Below are positions 10,964 to 23,607 of a stretch of 64,000 nucleotides of DNA, in pieces. The stretch lies in the NCBI RefSeq assembly GCF_055900595.2, contig NZ_CM148325.1; one strand, 5' to 3'. Each line of letters opens with the position of its first letter. The stretch's first letter is position 1. The position numbers were made by a program, and so were the translations under genes. Below the pieces are notes generated by a model. That model did not search any database and was not told where the DNA came from. It was given only the letters and a program-made list of their open reading frames with translations.

Positions 10964-12454
10964 TCATGAACGGCTGTTTTTGTTCTGCTTATTGACATAT
11001 AAACGCTCATCGGAAGCTTTATACGCATCATGTAACGTATCGTTTTCTTTCATCGCATAAATACCGGAAGAGAAGCCGATCTCTTTCTGCGGCGCGATAT
11101 GTTGCAGACGTTTTTCGATACGTTCAGGCAGTTGTGCTGCAATTTGCGGCGTCGAATCGACAAGAATGATGCAGAATTCATCGCCACCGAGTCGGATGGC
11201 ATAATCACTTTTACGAATCGACTGTTTAATCGCCTGAGCTAATAACGTAATCGCTAAATCTCCTTCCTGATGACCGAGCGTGTCATTTATTTGCTTTAAC
11301 TTGTCCATGTCAATTGCAATAAACATCACCGAAGAACCAGATTGCACCAGTTTTTGCAACCGCTGCTCCAGTTCAGGGGTTAATATTTTGCGATTATACA
11401 GTCCGGTCATCGCATCACTAATATTTTCTCGCGACACATTTTGGTATAAACGGAAGTGCATCCGCACCATATTCAGCAAAATTAACGCCGTCAAAATCCA
11501 GAACAGAACGCTTTTCCACGAAGATGTGATAAAGTAAAGAATATCAATGGATAACGATACACGAATGCCGCCCGGTAAGTCATGGACGTAACTGACATAC
11601 TGGAACAGATTATCTTCGCTCTGGTTGATGATAATGTCGCGCCCAGAATCTGTATCGGTTAGCGTGACATTGAGAAAACGCCAGAGGAGAGGGCGGTCAT
11701 GCGTGTAAAAGATATTCCGCAGATTGTTTTTGTTAATATCCAGCAGCACAATTCCTTTTAGCTGCCCTGCAACATACACTGGCGTCAGCAAACTCATCAC
11801 GTTCTGTTTAGTACGCTGATCCTGGTAAATGCTCGATAATACGGTGCGACCGGTAAAAACTTTTTCAATATCTTTGCGATCGATGCCAATGCTTCCTGAC
11901 TGCAGGAAGGACCAGTTATTCATCGCAAAGTACTCAACATTAACCGGCTCATAAAAATAGACATAGAGGTCATTGAGATCGAGATAATAGTGAAATTTCT
12001 CTTCGGCCATTCCAAGACCTGAACCATAATCATCCTGGTGGCGGTTGCCTTCCACTGCCTGATCAAAAGCGGGTAATAGTGCTGCAGCTTCCACAATTGT
12101 GTCGCATTCAGTGGATGCGGTTTGTAGTGTACCGTGTAAGCCCGTGTACTTATGGGCAGTCAGGTTTAAGCCATGGGTATTATTGGCAGACTCAAAAGCC
12201 TCGCAGATGGTACGCCGCTGTTCTGGCGACACTTCCGACTGCTCAGCAGCGAGAGCGCGCATCACATGCGCGGCAATACTCTGATTTTGATACTTGTCAT
12301 AAAGAAAGGAGGAATCTGCTCTCTGCACGATATAGCGCAGATAGGCACTCATTGCTCTGTCGCTGGCGACAAGTTCAAAAATAAGGAAGGAAGATGTCAG
12401 CACAATGACACTTGCGGCGATAAAATGCCGGAGCATTCTATGGTGCAATTTCAT
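10964..12454 (-). CDS. dgcJ: Membrane-anchored diguanylate cyclase
   Basis: ORF track 10964-12634 trimmed to MKLHHRMLRHF (496 aa as recalled); intact RLGGDEF motif. Confidence 0.88.
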   Translation of the reverse strand: MKLHHRMLRHFIAASVIVLTSSFLIFELVASDRAMSAYLRYIVQRADSSFLYDKYQNQSIAAHVMRALAAEQSEVSPEQRRTICEAFESANNTHGLNLTAHKYTGLHGTLQTASTECDTIVEAAALLPAFDQAVEGNRHQDDYGSGLGMAEEKFHYYLDLNDLYVYFYEPVNVEYFAMNNWSFLQSGSIGIDRKDIEKVFTGRTVLSSIYQDQRTKQNVMSLLTPVYVAGQLKGIVLLDINKNNLRNIFYTHDRPLLWRFLNVTLTDTDSGRDIIINQSEDNLFQYVSYVHDLPGGIRVSLSIDILYFITSSWKSVLFWILTALILLNMVRMHFRLYQNVSRENISDAMTGLYNRKILTPELEQRLQKLVQSGSSVMFIAIDMDKLKQINDTLGHQEGDLAITLLAQAIKQSIRKSDYAIRLGGDEFCIILVDSTPQIAAQLPERIEKRLQHIAPQKEIGFSSGIYAMKENDTLHDAYKASDERLYVNKQNKNSRS

Positions 12455-12634
12455 GATAAATGGCACTCCTTCGGTTAGTGAAACGAGAAAACCAGATAAA
12501 GTTCGATTGCGGCCTGGCACAGGGGCGCTAATTATACTCATCTCTGCGCCGCTGGGGAGGGGAAATTTAGGGGTAATAGTAATAAATTGTATGCAAAAGC
12601 CACGCAAAAAGCATGGCTCTGAATATTTTTGCAC

Positions 12635-14083
12635 TTAAATATGATGAATAATCACTTTGTTGCCCCCCTCGCTTTTCGCTTCGCGTAAGGCTTTATCTGC
12701 TTCCGTCATGACAAGCGAGATATTACGCGTGTCACCCGTTGAAAAAACCGTGCCAATACTGATGGTCATTTGTTCAGGAACATCATATCTGTTACTAAAA
12801 CCGGTCAGGAGTTCGACATTTTTACGCATACGTTCCGCAATGATTTTTGCCTGGGCACTATTGAGTTCGGTAAATAGCAAGCCAAACACCTCACCCTCCA
12901 GTCGCGCTAAAATATCATCGGGGCGGATGCTTTGCTGGATAATATCGACAATTGAAACCAGCACTTTATCACCCACACGATGTCCCCATTGGGCATTGAT
13001 GCGCTTGAACTGATTAATATCAACCAGCATGACACAAAAGTCCTTAACAACAGGTCGCGACAATAATGACTCTACGCTGTTGAAAAAGTAGCGCCGATTA
13101 TAAATATTGGTCAGTACATCATGAACTGCCAGTTTGCTGGAGAGTTGCAGTTCCTGAAAAATGTTATAAATCAGAAAAGACACAACAAACAGTTTACTGG
13201 AAACTTCAATCCCGCGACTGATATACCAGATGGTGTAATTATACTCATCCAGAGTCAGTAGAAGTAAGTTGCAGCATAGCGATGCCAGACATAATAATGC
13301 TATTAACGGCCATAGTTCGCTGGCTAATCGTGTACGCATGATAATAAAGAACAGTAAAAATGCCCACAGACAAACCAATATTTTTGTATAGTTGATTCCC
13401 CAGGTCGCAGTATGGTTGTCCGGACAGTAATCGACGACATACAAAGAATAGTCAGCGTTATAACTGCTCAGATTGTGTGCCAGAAGGGGAAATACTAAAA
13501 AAGGGATCAGCGTCAGTAACAGGATCCCCGTTTTTTTCTTATTGTTGTTAAGAATGTTGTCTTTACCATAACAAAAGAGCGCCAGCGAGGTTAAACAAAT
13601 AAAACTGAGTTGGCGGAAAATATAGAAAATAGAAACATCATTCGACTTTGTCTGGATCAGTGTACTGCCGTTGATTGGTTTATGGATAATTACAATGGTT
13701 TCAACTAAATAGATAAGGCCACTTAAAAATGCAAGGCTTAAAATGAGTGTTGGTAAAATTTGTTTGTTAGTGAAATATTTCATCAACATGAAAAGAAAAA
13801 TGACGGCGTTAAGGAAGAACAAAGCCACAACAACCATCAGGTAATTCATCTGTGGAATGAGTTTTACATTCGTGTTTTCGTTATATAAGGTGGTGATGCA
13901 AAATAAAATTAACGTCAGCAATAAGCTGAAAATAAAAAAGCCTTGAGCTTTTAATTTTTGTGTACCCATAGAAACCATAAAAAGGAGAGCAATGTGAGTG
14001 CTGGATTTTATTGATGGCAGAGATATATGGTTTTGACCAAGATCAATTTTCGGTAACGATGCAAAATAATTAAAGAATAACAC
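12635..14083 (-). CDS. dgcI: Degenerate GGDEF-domain membrane protein
   Basis: 482-aa ORF with many TM helices; signature motif reads EGEVF rather than GGDEF; true start may be a few codons upstream. Confidence 0.82.
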   Translation of the reverse strand: MLFFNYFASLPKIDLGQNHISLPSIKSSTHIALLFMVSMGTQKLKAQGFFIFSLLLTLILFCITTLYNENTNVKLIPQMNYLMVVVALFFLNAVIFLFMLMKYFTNKQILPTLILSLAFLSGLIYLVETIVIIHKPINGSTLIQTKSNDVSIFYIFRQLSFICLTSLALFCYGKDNILNNNKKKTGILLLTLIPFLVFPLLAHNLSSYNADYSLYVVDYCPDNHTATWGINYTKILVCLWAFLLFFIIMRTRLASELWPLIALLCLASLCCNLLLLTLDEYNYTIWYISRGIEVSSKLFVVSFLIYNIFQELQLSSKLAVHDVLTNIYNRRYFFNSVESLLSRPVVKDFCVMLVDINQFKRINAQWGHRVGDKVLVSIVDIIQQSIRPDDILARLEGEVFGLLFTELNSAQAKIIAERMRKNVELLTGFSNRYDVPEQMTISIGTVFSTGDTRNISLVMTEADKALREAKSEGGNKVIIHHI

Positions 14084-14255
14084 GGGTAAATACGTGTTGA
14101 ACGAAGCATTTTTCCGAATGATTGTTTTCTGGAACTAAATTGTGTAAAGGTTGTGCTGTTATATTTAAAGCGATTGTAAGTTAATGTATATAATAAATGA
14201 GATGATTTACAGTGTGCTAAAAAACAGCCAGGCGACGATGACCCGGCTGATAGTT

Positions 14256-15551
<1,296 letters not shown>

Positions 15552-15651
15552 CTACATTTGCCAACTGTTTGCTACGCCTGTGTTGCCGCTTCTCTGGCCC
15601 ACGGTTCGCTGTCGTTGTAGGCCCGGTAGCATGCGTACCGGGCCATGGTTG

Positions 15652-17586
15652 TTAAGACGATTTACGTACGCGCAAATACCATTCGCACAGTAAACGCACC
15701 TGTTTACGGGTGTAGCCTTTTTCCATCATACGGTCGACAAAATCGTCGTGTTTCTTCTGCTCGTCGGTTGACGTTTTGGCGTTAAACGAAATAACCGGCA
15801 ACAGCTCCTCGGTATTAGAGAACATTTTCTTCTCAATAACCGTGCGCAGTTTTTCATAGCTGGTCCAGTTCGGATTGCGTCCGCTGTTATTCGCTCTGGC
15901 GCGCAGTACGAAGTTGACAATCTCGTTGCGGAAATCTTTTGGATTACTGATCCCCGCCGGTTTCTCAATTTTCTCCAGCTCAGCGTTGAGAGATTCGCGG
16001 TCAAATAGCTGCCCGGTATCCGGGTCGCGATACTCCTGATCCTGAATCCAGAAATCTGCATACGTGACATAACGGTCAAAAATGTTTTGTCCATATTCAG
16101 AATAGGATTCAAGATACGCAGTCTGAATCTCTTTACCGATAAACTCGGCATATTTCGGAATCAAGTAACCTTTCAGGAACTCGAGATAACGCTCAGCCTG
16201 CTCCTGAGGGAACTGCTCGCGCTCGATCTGCTGTTCCAGGACGTAGAACAGATGAACAGGGTTTGCTGCCACTTCCACGTGGTCGAAGTTGAACACGCGA
16301 GAGAGGATCTTAAACGCAAAACGCGTGGACAGACCGTTCATCCCTTCATCAACGCCTGCGTAGTCACGATATTCCTGATACGACTTGGCTTTCGGATCGG
16401 TGTCTTTCAGACTTTCGCCATCATAAACCCGCATCTTCGAATAAATGCTGGAGTTTTCCGGCTCTTTCAGACGCGAAAGAATGGAAAAACGAGACAGCGT
16501 TTCCAGCGTGCCAGGTGCGCAGGGGGCGTGAGTCAGTTCACTGTGATTAAGCAATTTCTCGTAGATTTTGATCTCTTCGGAAATACGCAAGCAATATGGC
16601 ACCTTCACGATATAAACACGATCGAGGAAGGCTTCGTTGTTCTTGTTATTACGGAAAGTGACCCATTCGGATTCGTTCGAATGGGCGAGAATAATCCCGT
16701 TAAACGGCAGGGCGGAGATACCTTCCGTCCCGTTGTAGTTACCTTCCTGAGTGGCGGTTAACAGGGGATGCAGCACTTTAATCGGGGCTTTAAACATCTC
16801 GACAAACTCCATGATCCCCTGGTTGGCGCGGCATAGTGCACCGGAATATCCGTAGGCGTCCGGATCGTTCTGCGCGTAGTGTTCGAGTTTACGGATATCG
16901 ACTTTCCCTACCAGCGCTGAGATGTCCTGGTTGTTCTCATCGCCAGGTTCCGTTTTGGCGATAGCAATTTGTTGCAGAATTGACGGCCAGACCTTTACCA
17001 CCCGGAACTTAGTAATATCGCCACCAAATTCATGCAGGCGTTTTGCTGCCCACGGCGACATGATGGTGCCAAGATAGCGTCGAGGAATGCCATACTCTTT
17101 TTCCAGAATCTGCGCATCTTCTTGCGGATTGAAAAGACAGAACGGATGATCGTTGACCGGGCTCCGCTCACCGTTAGCGCTTAATACATAGATCGGCACG
17201 AGCTGCATTAATGATTTCAGTCGCTCAGCAAGCGATGATTTACCCCCACCCACAGGCCCCAGCAGATACAGGATTTGTTTCTTCTCCTCCAGCCCCTGAG
17301 CCGCGTGTTTCAGATAAGAGACAATCTGTTCAATCGCGTCTTCCATGCCGTAAAACTCTTCAAAGGCTGGGTAACGTGCAATGACCCGGTTAGAAAAGAG
17401 TCGAGAAAGTCTGGGTTCCTGGGCTGTATCGACCATGACAGGCTCACCGATAGCCATCAATAGCCGCTCAGCCGCGTTGGCATAAGCACTGCGATCTTGC
17501 CGACAAGTGGTAAGAAACTCCTGCAGTGTGAACTCTTCGTTCTTGGCAGCTTCATATCGCTGGCGATAGTGATCGAATATATTCAT
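15652..17586 (-). CDS. yeaG: PrkA-family serine protein kinase
   Basis: 644-aa ORF with Walker A GPVGGGKSS; length and synteny match. Confidence 0.93.
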   Translation of the reverse strand: MNIFDHYRQRYEAAKNEEFTLQEFLTTCRQDRSAYANAAERLLMAIGEPVMVDTAQEPRLSRLFSNRVIARYPAFEEFYGMEDAIEQIVSYLKHAAQGLEEKKQILYLLGPVGGGKSSLAERLKSLMQLVPIYVLSANGERSPVNDHPFCLFNPQEDAQILEKEYGIPRRYLGTIMSPWAAKRLHEFGGDITKFRVVKVWPSILQQIAIAKTEPGDENNQDISALVGKVDIRKLEHYAQNDPDAYGYSGALCRANQGIMEFVEMFKAPIKVLHPLLTATQEGNYNGTEGISALPFNGIILAHSNESEWVTFRNNKNNEAFLDRVYIVKVPYCLRISEEIKIYEKLLNHSELTHAPCAPGTLETLSRFSILSRLKEPENSSIYSKMRVYDGESLKDTDPKAKSYQEYRDYAGVDEGMNGLSTRFAFKILSRVFNFDHVEVAANPVHLFYVLEQQIEREQFPQEQAERYLEFLKGYLIPKYAEFIGKEIQTAYLESYSEYGQNIFDRYVTYADFWIQDQEYRDPDTGQLFDRESLNAELEKIEKPAGISNPKDFRNEIVNFVLRARANNSGRNPNWTSYEKLRTVIEKKMFSNTEELLPVISFNAKTSTDEQKKHDDFVDRMMEKGYTRKQVRLLCEWYLRVRKSS

Positions 17587-18021
17587 GGTATGCCGTCCTT
17601 TCGTTTTTTAGCACAGGTTAAGAGCCGTTCATATGAATAGTAGAGGCTCCCGGAAGAGGTAAACTGAACGACGTCTCTTGCTAAAACACAGCAACTCTCA
17701 TGCCATTTTATCGACGATGAGAACAACGTGCCCGGTGATACACCTTCAAAATTAAGCGTAGATGGCAAATGGAAAACTTGCCTGCACGGCTTTCTTAATT
17801 TCAATGGCATATCAACAACTCATCCATAAAATTTGCATAATTAATGTAAAGACCAGGGTCGCCAGTAACGCGTAATTCATTTGGCTGTAAGCGTGGTGTC
17901 ATCTGCGTCAGGAAAATTAAACAGTTACTTTAAAAAATGAAAACGTAAAAAGGTTGGGTTTCGATGTATTGACGGGTAAACTTTGTCGCCCGCTAAACAT
18001 TTGTTTAAGGAATGATTAATT

Positions 18022-18768
18022 GTGACCAAACTCAAACTTCTGGCACTTGGAGTGCTTATCGCAACGTCTGCAGGCGTAGCGCACGCTGAAGGTAAATTTT
18101 CCCTGGGCGCAGGCGTAGGTGTCGTTGAACACCCATATAAAGATTACGATACCGATGTTTACCCAGTACCGGTAATCAACTATGAAGGCGATAACTTCTG
18201 GTTCCGTGGCTTAGGTGGTGGTTACTACCTGTGGAATGACGCAACGGATAAACTTTCAATTACCGCTTACTGGTCGCCGCTTTACTTCAAAGCTAAAGAC
18301 AGTGGCGATCACCAAATGCGTCACCTGGATGACCGTAAGAGCACCATGATGGCTGGTCTGTCTTATGCTCACTTTACCCAGTACGGTTACCTGCGTACCA
18401 CCCTGGCTGGCGATACCCTGGATAACAGCAACGGCATCGTCTGGGATATGGCCTGGTTGTATCGTTACACCAACGGTGGCCTGACCGTGACTCCGGGTAT
18501 TGGTGTGCAGTGGAACAGCGAAAACCAGAACGAATACTATTATGGCGTATCGCGTAAAGAGTCTGCGCGCAGCGGTCTGCGTGGCTATAACCCGAATGAC
18601 AGCTGGAACCCTTACCTGGAGCTAAGTGCCAGCTACAACTTCCTCGGCGACTGGAGTGTTTACGGCACCGCACGCTACACTCGTCTGTCTGATGAAGTTA
18701 CTGACAGCCCAATGGTGGATAAATCCTGGACTGGCCTGATTTCTACCGGGATCACCTACAAATTCTGA
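18022..18768 (+). CDS. mipA: MltA-interacting outer-membrane protein (OmpV/MipA family)
   Basis: 248-aa ORF with signal peptide and C-terminal aromatic residue (TGITYKF). Confidence 0.9.
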   Translation: MTKLKLLALGVLIATSAGVAHAEGKFSLGAGVGVVEHPYKDYDTDVYPVPVINYEGDNFWFRGLGGGYYLWNDATDKLSITAYWSPLYFKAKDSGDHQMRHLDDRKSTMMAGLSYAHFTQYGYLRTTLAGDTLDNSNGIVWDMAWLYRYTNGGLTVTPGIGVQWNSENQNEYYYGVSRKESARSGLRGYNPNDSWNPYLELSASYNFLGDWSVYGTARYTRLSDEVTDSPMVDKSWTGLISTGITYKF

Positions 18769-18803
18769 TAATGCATCTTTCCAGGGCATTTTGTGCATAA
18801 AAA

Positions 18804-18826
18804 CAGGGCGTAATGCCCTGTTTTGC
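18804..18826 (+). terminator. Rho-independent terminator after mipA
   Basis: Hairpin cagggcgtaatgccctg followed by TTTT. Confidence 0.5.
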
Positions 18827-18857
18827 ATTACGGTGGTGCAATACCTGGGAGGAAACA

Positions 18858-19712
18858 ATGCAACAAAAAATGATTCAATTTAGTGGCGATGTCTCACTGC
18901 CAGCCATAGGGCAGGGAACATGGTATATGGGCGAAGATGCCAGTCAGCGTAAAACAGAAGTTGCTGCACTACGCGCGGGCATTGAACTCGGTTTAACCCT
19001 CATTGATACCGCCGAAATGTATGCCGATGGTGGTGCCGAAAAGGTGGTTGGGGAAGCATTAACCGGTCTGCGTGAGAACGTCTTTCTCGTCTCTAAAGTC
19101 TATCCGTGGAATGCTGGCGGGCAAAAAGCGATAAATGCATGCGAAGCCAGTTTACGCCGTCTCAATACTGATTATCTCGATCTCTACCTATTACACTGGT
19201 CTGGCAGTTTCGCTCTCGAAGAGACTGTCGCAGCGATGGAAAAATTGATCGCCCAGGGAAAAATCCGCCGCTGGGGCGTTTCTAACCTTGATTATGCCGA
19301 TATGCAGGAACTCTGGCAGCTGCCGGGGGGAAATCAGTGTGCCACTAATCAGGTGCTTTACCATCTCGGTTCACGAGGGATTGAGTACGATCTACTTCCC
19401 TGGTGCCAGAAACAGCAGATGCCGGTGATGGCTTACAGTCCATTAGCCCAGGCCGGGCGGTTGCGCAATGGACTGTTAAAAAATGCGGTAGTCAACGAAA
19501 TTGCACATGCTCACAATATCAGTGCGGCACAAGTATTGTTGGCGTGGGTAATCAGCCATCAGGGTGTGATGGCGATTCCAAAAGCGGCAACTGTCGCACA
19601 TGTCCAACAAAATGCGGCTGTGCTTGAGGTTGAACTTTCGTCAGCGGAATTAGTTATGCTGGATAAAGCGTATCCGGCACCAAAAGGAAAAACTGCGCTG
19701 GATATGGTGTGA
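18858..19712 (+). CDS. yeaE: Aldo-keto reductase
   Basis: ORF track 18813-19712 trimmed to MQQKMIQFSG (284 aa as recalled). Confidence 0.88.
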   Translation: MQQKMIQFSGDVSLPAIGQGTWYMGEDASQRKTEVAALRAGIELGLTLIDTAEMYADGGAEKVVGEALTGLRENVFLVSKVYPWNAGGQKAINACEASLRRLNTDYLDLYLLHWSGSFALEETVAAMEKLIAQGKIRRWGVSNLDYADMQELWQLPGGNQCATNQVLYHLGSRGIEYDLLPWCQKQQMPVMAYSPLAQAGRLRNGLLKNAVVNEIAHAHNISAAQVLLAWVISHQGVMAIPKAATVAHVQQNAAVLEVELSSAELVMLDKAYPAPKGKTALDMV

Positions 19713-19762
19713 TGTTGATACGTGCCGGATGCATCGCACCCGGCACACAATATTAACGCAAA

Positions 19763-20647
19763 TTAACGTTTCGCAACGCGAATGGATTGCGCCAGATGTG
19801 CAGGTTTCTCTTTGGTGACTTTTTGCGTTTCTGAAGCGTATGCCGTTTCTACACAAACAAAGGTCTTGTAGCCATCATCCGGCATATCGCCCATGCTAAC
19901 TGAAAGCGCCGGTCCTGGGTTCCAGCCTACAACGTTCAGATGATGCTGGTGGCCTACGGCGATAATACGATTCAGCGCTTCGTCATTAATTACGCTGCAA
20001 TCTTGCGGATTCAGATACACGCGATCGGTACGGTCAGGGAAGGTCTGAATACCGTCGGTCAGTACATCTTCTTTCGCGTCATTTACTTTATCAATGAAGC
20101 GATCGCCTAGTCCACTGACGCTTACCTTAGCGATATCACCCACGTTAAAGTAGGTATGCAGAGCAGAGGTAGTTTCAAATTCGCCGTGTGCTTCAAGATC
20201 GATTTCACAGGTTTTACCCACGTGGAAATGCGCTAACAGCGTAAAGTCGTGCGGCCAGAATTTTTTCGTCTCTTCGCTTTGTGTCAATTCAAAAGTCAGC
20301 GCTACACCATCAGCATCTTCACGATGTGATTTCAGCGTCCACGGCAGGTTGCGGGCAAAACCGTGCGCAGGCAGACCTTGTTGTGCAGCCGGACCAAACC
20401 ACGGCCAGCAAACCGGTATGCCACCGCGAATGGCGACGCCATTTTTGAACGGTGTGTTGTTACTCAACCACAGAACTTCTTCTTCACCCGCAGGTTTCCA
20501 CGAGAGAAGGTGTGCGCCCTGTAATGCAAAAGAGGCTTTTACCTGGGGATGATCGACCACAATGAGGTCCAGTTCATCCAGTTTACGACGGGAGAGGACA
20601 GGGGAGATTTGTTCGATGACCGGAAGGGCAAAAATTTTCTTAATCAT
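19763..20647 (-). CDS. yeaD: Aldose/glucose-6-phosphate 1-epimerase family protein
   Basis: ORF track 19763-20668 trimmed to MIKKIFALPV (294 aa). Confidence 0.88.
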   Translation of the reverse strand: MIKKIFALPVIEQISPVLSRRKLDELDLIVVDHPQVKASFALQGAHLLSWKPAGEEEVLWLSNNTPFKNGVAIRGGIPVCWPWFGPAAQQGLPAHGFARNLPWTLKSHREDADGVALTFELTQSEETKKFWPHDFTLLAHFHVGKTCEIDLEAHGEFETTSALHTYFNVGDIAKVSVSGLGDRFIDKVNDAKEDVLTDGIQTFPDRTDRVYLNPQDCSVINDEALNRIIAVGHQHHLNVVGWNPGPALSVSMGDMPDDGYKTFVCVETAYASETQKVTKEKPAHLAQSIRVAKR

Positions 20648-20679
20648 GACGCAGTCCTTTAACTTCATTTTATCAGGTA

Positions 20680-20710
20680 AAAAAAAGAGCGACCGAAGTC
20701 GCTCTTTTTA
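20680..20710 (-). terminator. gapA terminator (hairpin flanked by A/T runs, potentially bidirectional)
   Basis: aaaaaagagcgaccgaagtcgctcttttt between gapA stop and yeaD start. Confidence 0.55.
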
Positions 20711-20730
20711 GATCACAGTGTCATCTCAAC

Positions 20731-21738
<1,008 letters not shown>

Positions 21739-22067
21739 CTATTTGTTAGTGAATAAAAGGTTGCCTGTAAAATTACAAAAACCTTACGCAGCGTCAAGCG
21801 GAATCGTGTCAATCATTGCGACAAATCAATCCTGTGCCTAAGCATTATGCGACTGACTCGCCTCACTCTTCCTTTGGGCTTGAGACCACATGGGGTCGGC
21901 GCCCCGAATTTTAAAGGGCAATTACGATAAAAATGTGATTTTCATCACGATTTAGGTGCAGCTATTTCGTCGAGATCAAGTTTAGGACAAAATTTTGCCA
22001 GTTGGTGTTAATGTTTTGTTAGAATCAGTCGCGTAATGTGAGCACGATTAAAGTGAGATGTGAGCAA

Positions 22068-22481
22068 ATGGCTAATAAACCTTCGGCAGAAGAACTGAAA
22101 AAAAATTTGTCCGAGATGCAGTTCTACGTGACGCAGAATCATGGGACAGAGCCGCCATTTACGGGTCGTTTACTGCATAACAAGCGTGACGGCGTATATC
22201 ACTGTTTGATCTGCGATGCCCCGCTGTTTCATTCCCAAACCAAGTATGATTCCGGCTGTGGCTGGCCCAGTTTCTACGAACCGGTGAGTGAAGAATCCAT
22301 TCGTTATATCAAAGACTTGTCACATGGAATGCAGCGCATAGAAATTCGTTGCGGTAACTGTGATGCCCATCTGGGGCATGTCTTCCCCGACGGGCCGCAG
22401 CCAACGGGTGAACGTTATTGTGTTAACTCAGCCTCTTTACGCTTTACCGATGGCGAAAACGGCGAAGAAATCAACGGTTGA
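22068..22481 (+). CDS. msrB: Peptide methionine sulfoxide reductase B
   Basis: ORF track 22038-22481 trimmed to [10 protein letters not shown] (137 aa); two CxxC pairs and catalytic RYCVNSASL. Confidence 0.92.
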
Positions 22482-22522
22482 AAAAACGATTCAGCAACTT
22501 ATTCCACAGGAGCGGAAAAATT

Positions 22523-22795
22523 ATGAATCTTGATGACATTATCAACAGCATGACGCCTGATGTATACCAGCGTTTGTCGACTGCCGTTGAGCTGGGGAAA
22601 TGGCCCGATGGCGTTGCGCTGACCGAGGAACAAAAAGAGAACTGCCTACAGCTGGTGATGCTGTGGCAAGCCCGCCATAATACCGAAGCACAGCATATGA
22701 CAATTGACACACATGGTCAGATGGTTATGAAGAGCAAACAACAGTTAAAAGAAGATTTTGGTATCTCAGCAAAGCCTATTGCCATGTTTAAGTGA
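22523..22795 (+). CDS. yeaC: DUF1315-family protein YeaC
   Basis: ORF track 22478-22795 trimmed to MNLDDIINSM (90 aa); starts just after msrB. Confidence 0.82.
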   Translation: MNLDDIINSMTPDVYQRLSTAVELGKWPDGVALTEEQKENCLQLVMLWQARHNTEAQHMTIDTHGQMVMKSKQQLKEDFGISAKPIAMFK

Positions 22796-22955
22796 ATGAG
22801 TTGTCTAGTATTTAAGCCTGTTATTAAGGGAGGGCAAATAGACTTGTTCGGACGTCGTGTTTTAGCTGCAAGTAGGTTAAATGCAACACTGACAAGTATT
22901 ATCTGGCCTACAATGTCATTGAGGAAATGTAGGCCAGAGATGAATCCAACTAATA

Positions 22956-23597
22956 TTACTCCTGCGTCTCTTCCCAGTCTGCAAGCGTATATAGCGTTGC
23001 CCCAGCTGCTGACATCTCCATAAACGCGTGCGCACTGTCCTGTGGCTGGATATTCACGCCACGACAACCATCGGTAATCACATTAACCTTATAACCTAAC
23101 TGTAACGCGTCCAGCACGGTAAACTTCACGCAATAGTCAGTAGCCAGGCCCATAATGATCAATTCATCGATTTCATGATCGCGTAACCAGTCATCGAGCG
23201 TGGTTTTCTGCCGACGGCCGTTATCAAAAAAGGCACTGTAACTGTCAACTAAAGGATTTTCGCCTTTATGGAACACCGCTGCGATCGCTTTTTGGTTCAG
23301 TAACGGATGTAATTGTGCGCCTTCACTGTTCTGCACACAGTGATCTGGCCAGAAGGTTTGTGGCAAACCGTCGATTTGGCCTGGCGTATAAGGCTCTACA
23401 CCGTGCTGACTGGCAAAACTGCCGTGATTCGCCGGGTGCCAGTCTTGACTGGCGATAACCGCTTCACCGCGTGACTGGCACCAGTCAATCAGGCGGTTAG
23501 CGACATCCACCGTACTGTCACCTTCCGGCACGGCGAGCGCGCCACCAGCACAGAAATCATTTTGTAAATCGACCAGTAACAGGGCGCGAGGGGGCAT
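22956..23597 (-). CDS. pncA: Nicotinamidase/pyrazinamidase
   Basis: ORF track 22956-23615 trimmed to MPPRALLLVDLQNDF (213 aa); isochorismatase-family signature. Confidence 0.92.
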   Translation of the reverse strand: MPPRALLLVDLQNDFCAGGALAVPEGDSTVDVANRLIDWCQSRGEAVIASQDWHPANHGSFASQHGVEPYTPGQIDGLPQTFWPDHCVQNSEGAQLHPLLNQKAIAAVFHKGENPLVDSYSAFFDNGRRQKTTLDDWLRDHEIDELIIMGLATDYCVKFTVLDALQLGYKVNVITDGCRGVNIQPQDSAHAFMEMSAAGATLYTLADWEETQE

Positions 23598-23607
23598 TGC
23601 AGTCTCC

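Noticed and set aside
16087-16761. 224-aa plus-strand ORF
   Set aside because: Lies entirely antisense within yeaG.
22717-23067. 116-aa minus-strand ORF spanning the yeaC-pncA spacer
   Set aside because: Overlaps the 3' ends of both flanking genes, with no RBS or recognisable family; likely spurious.
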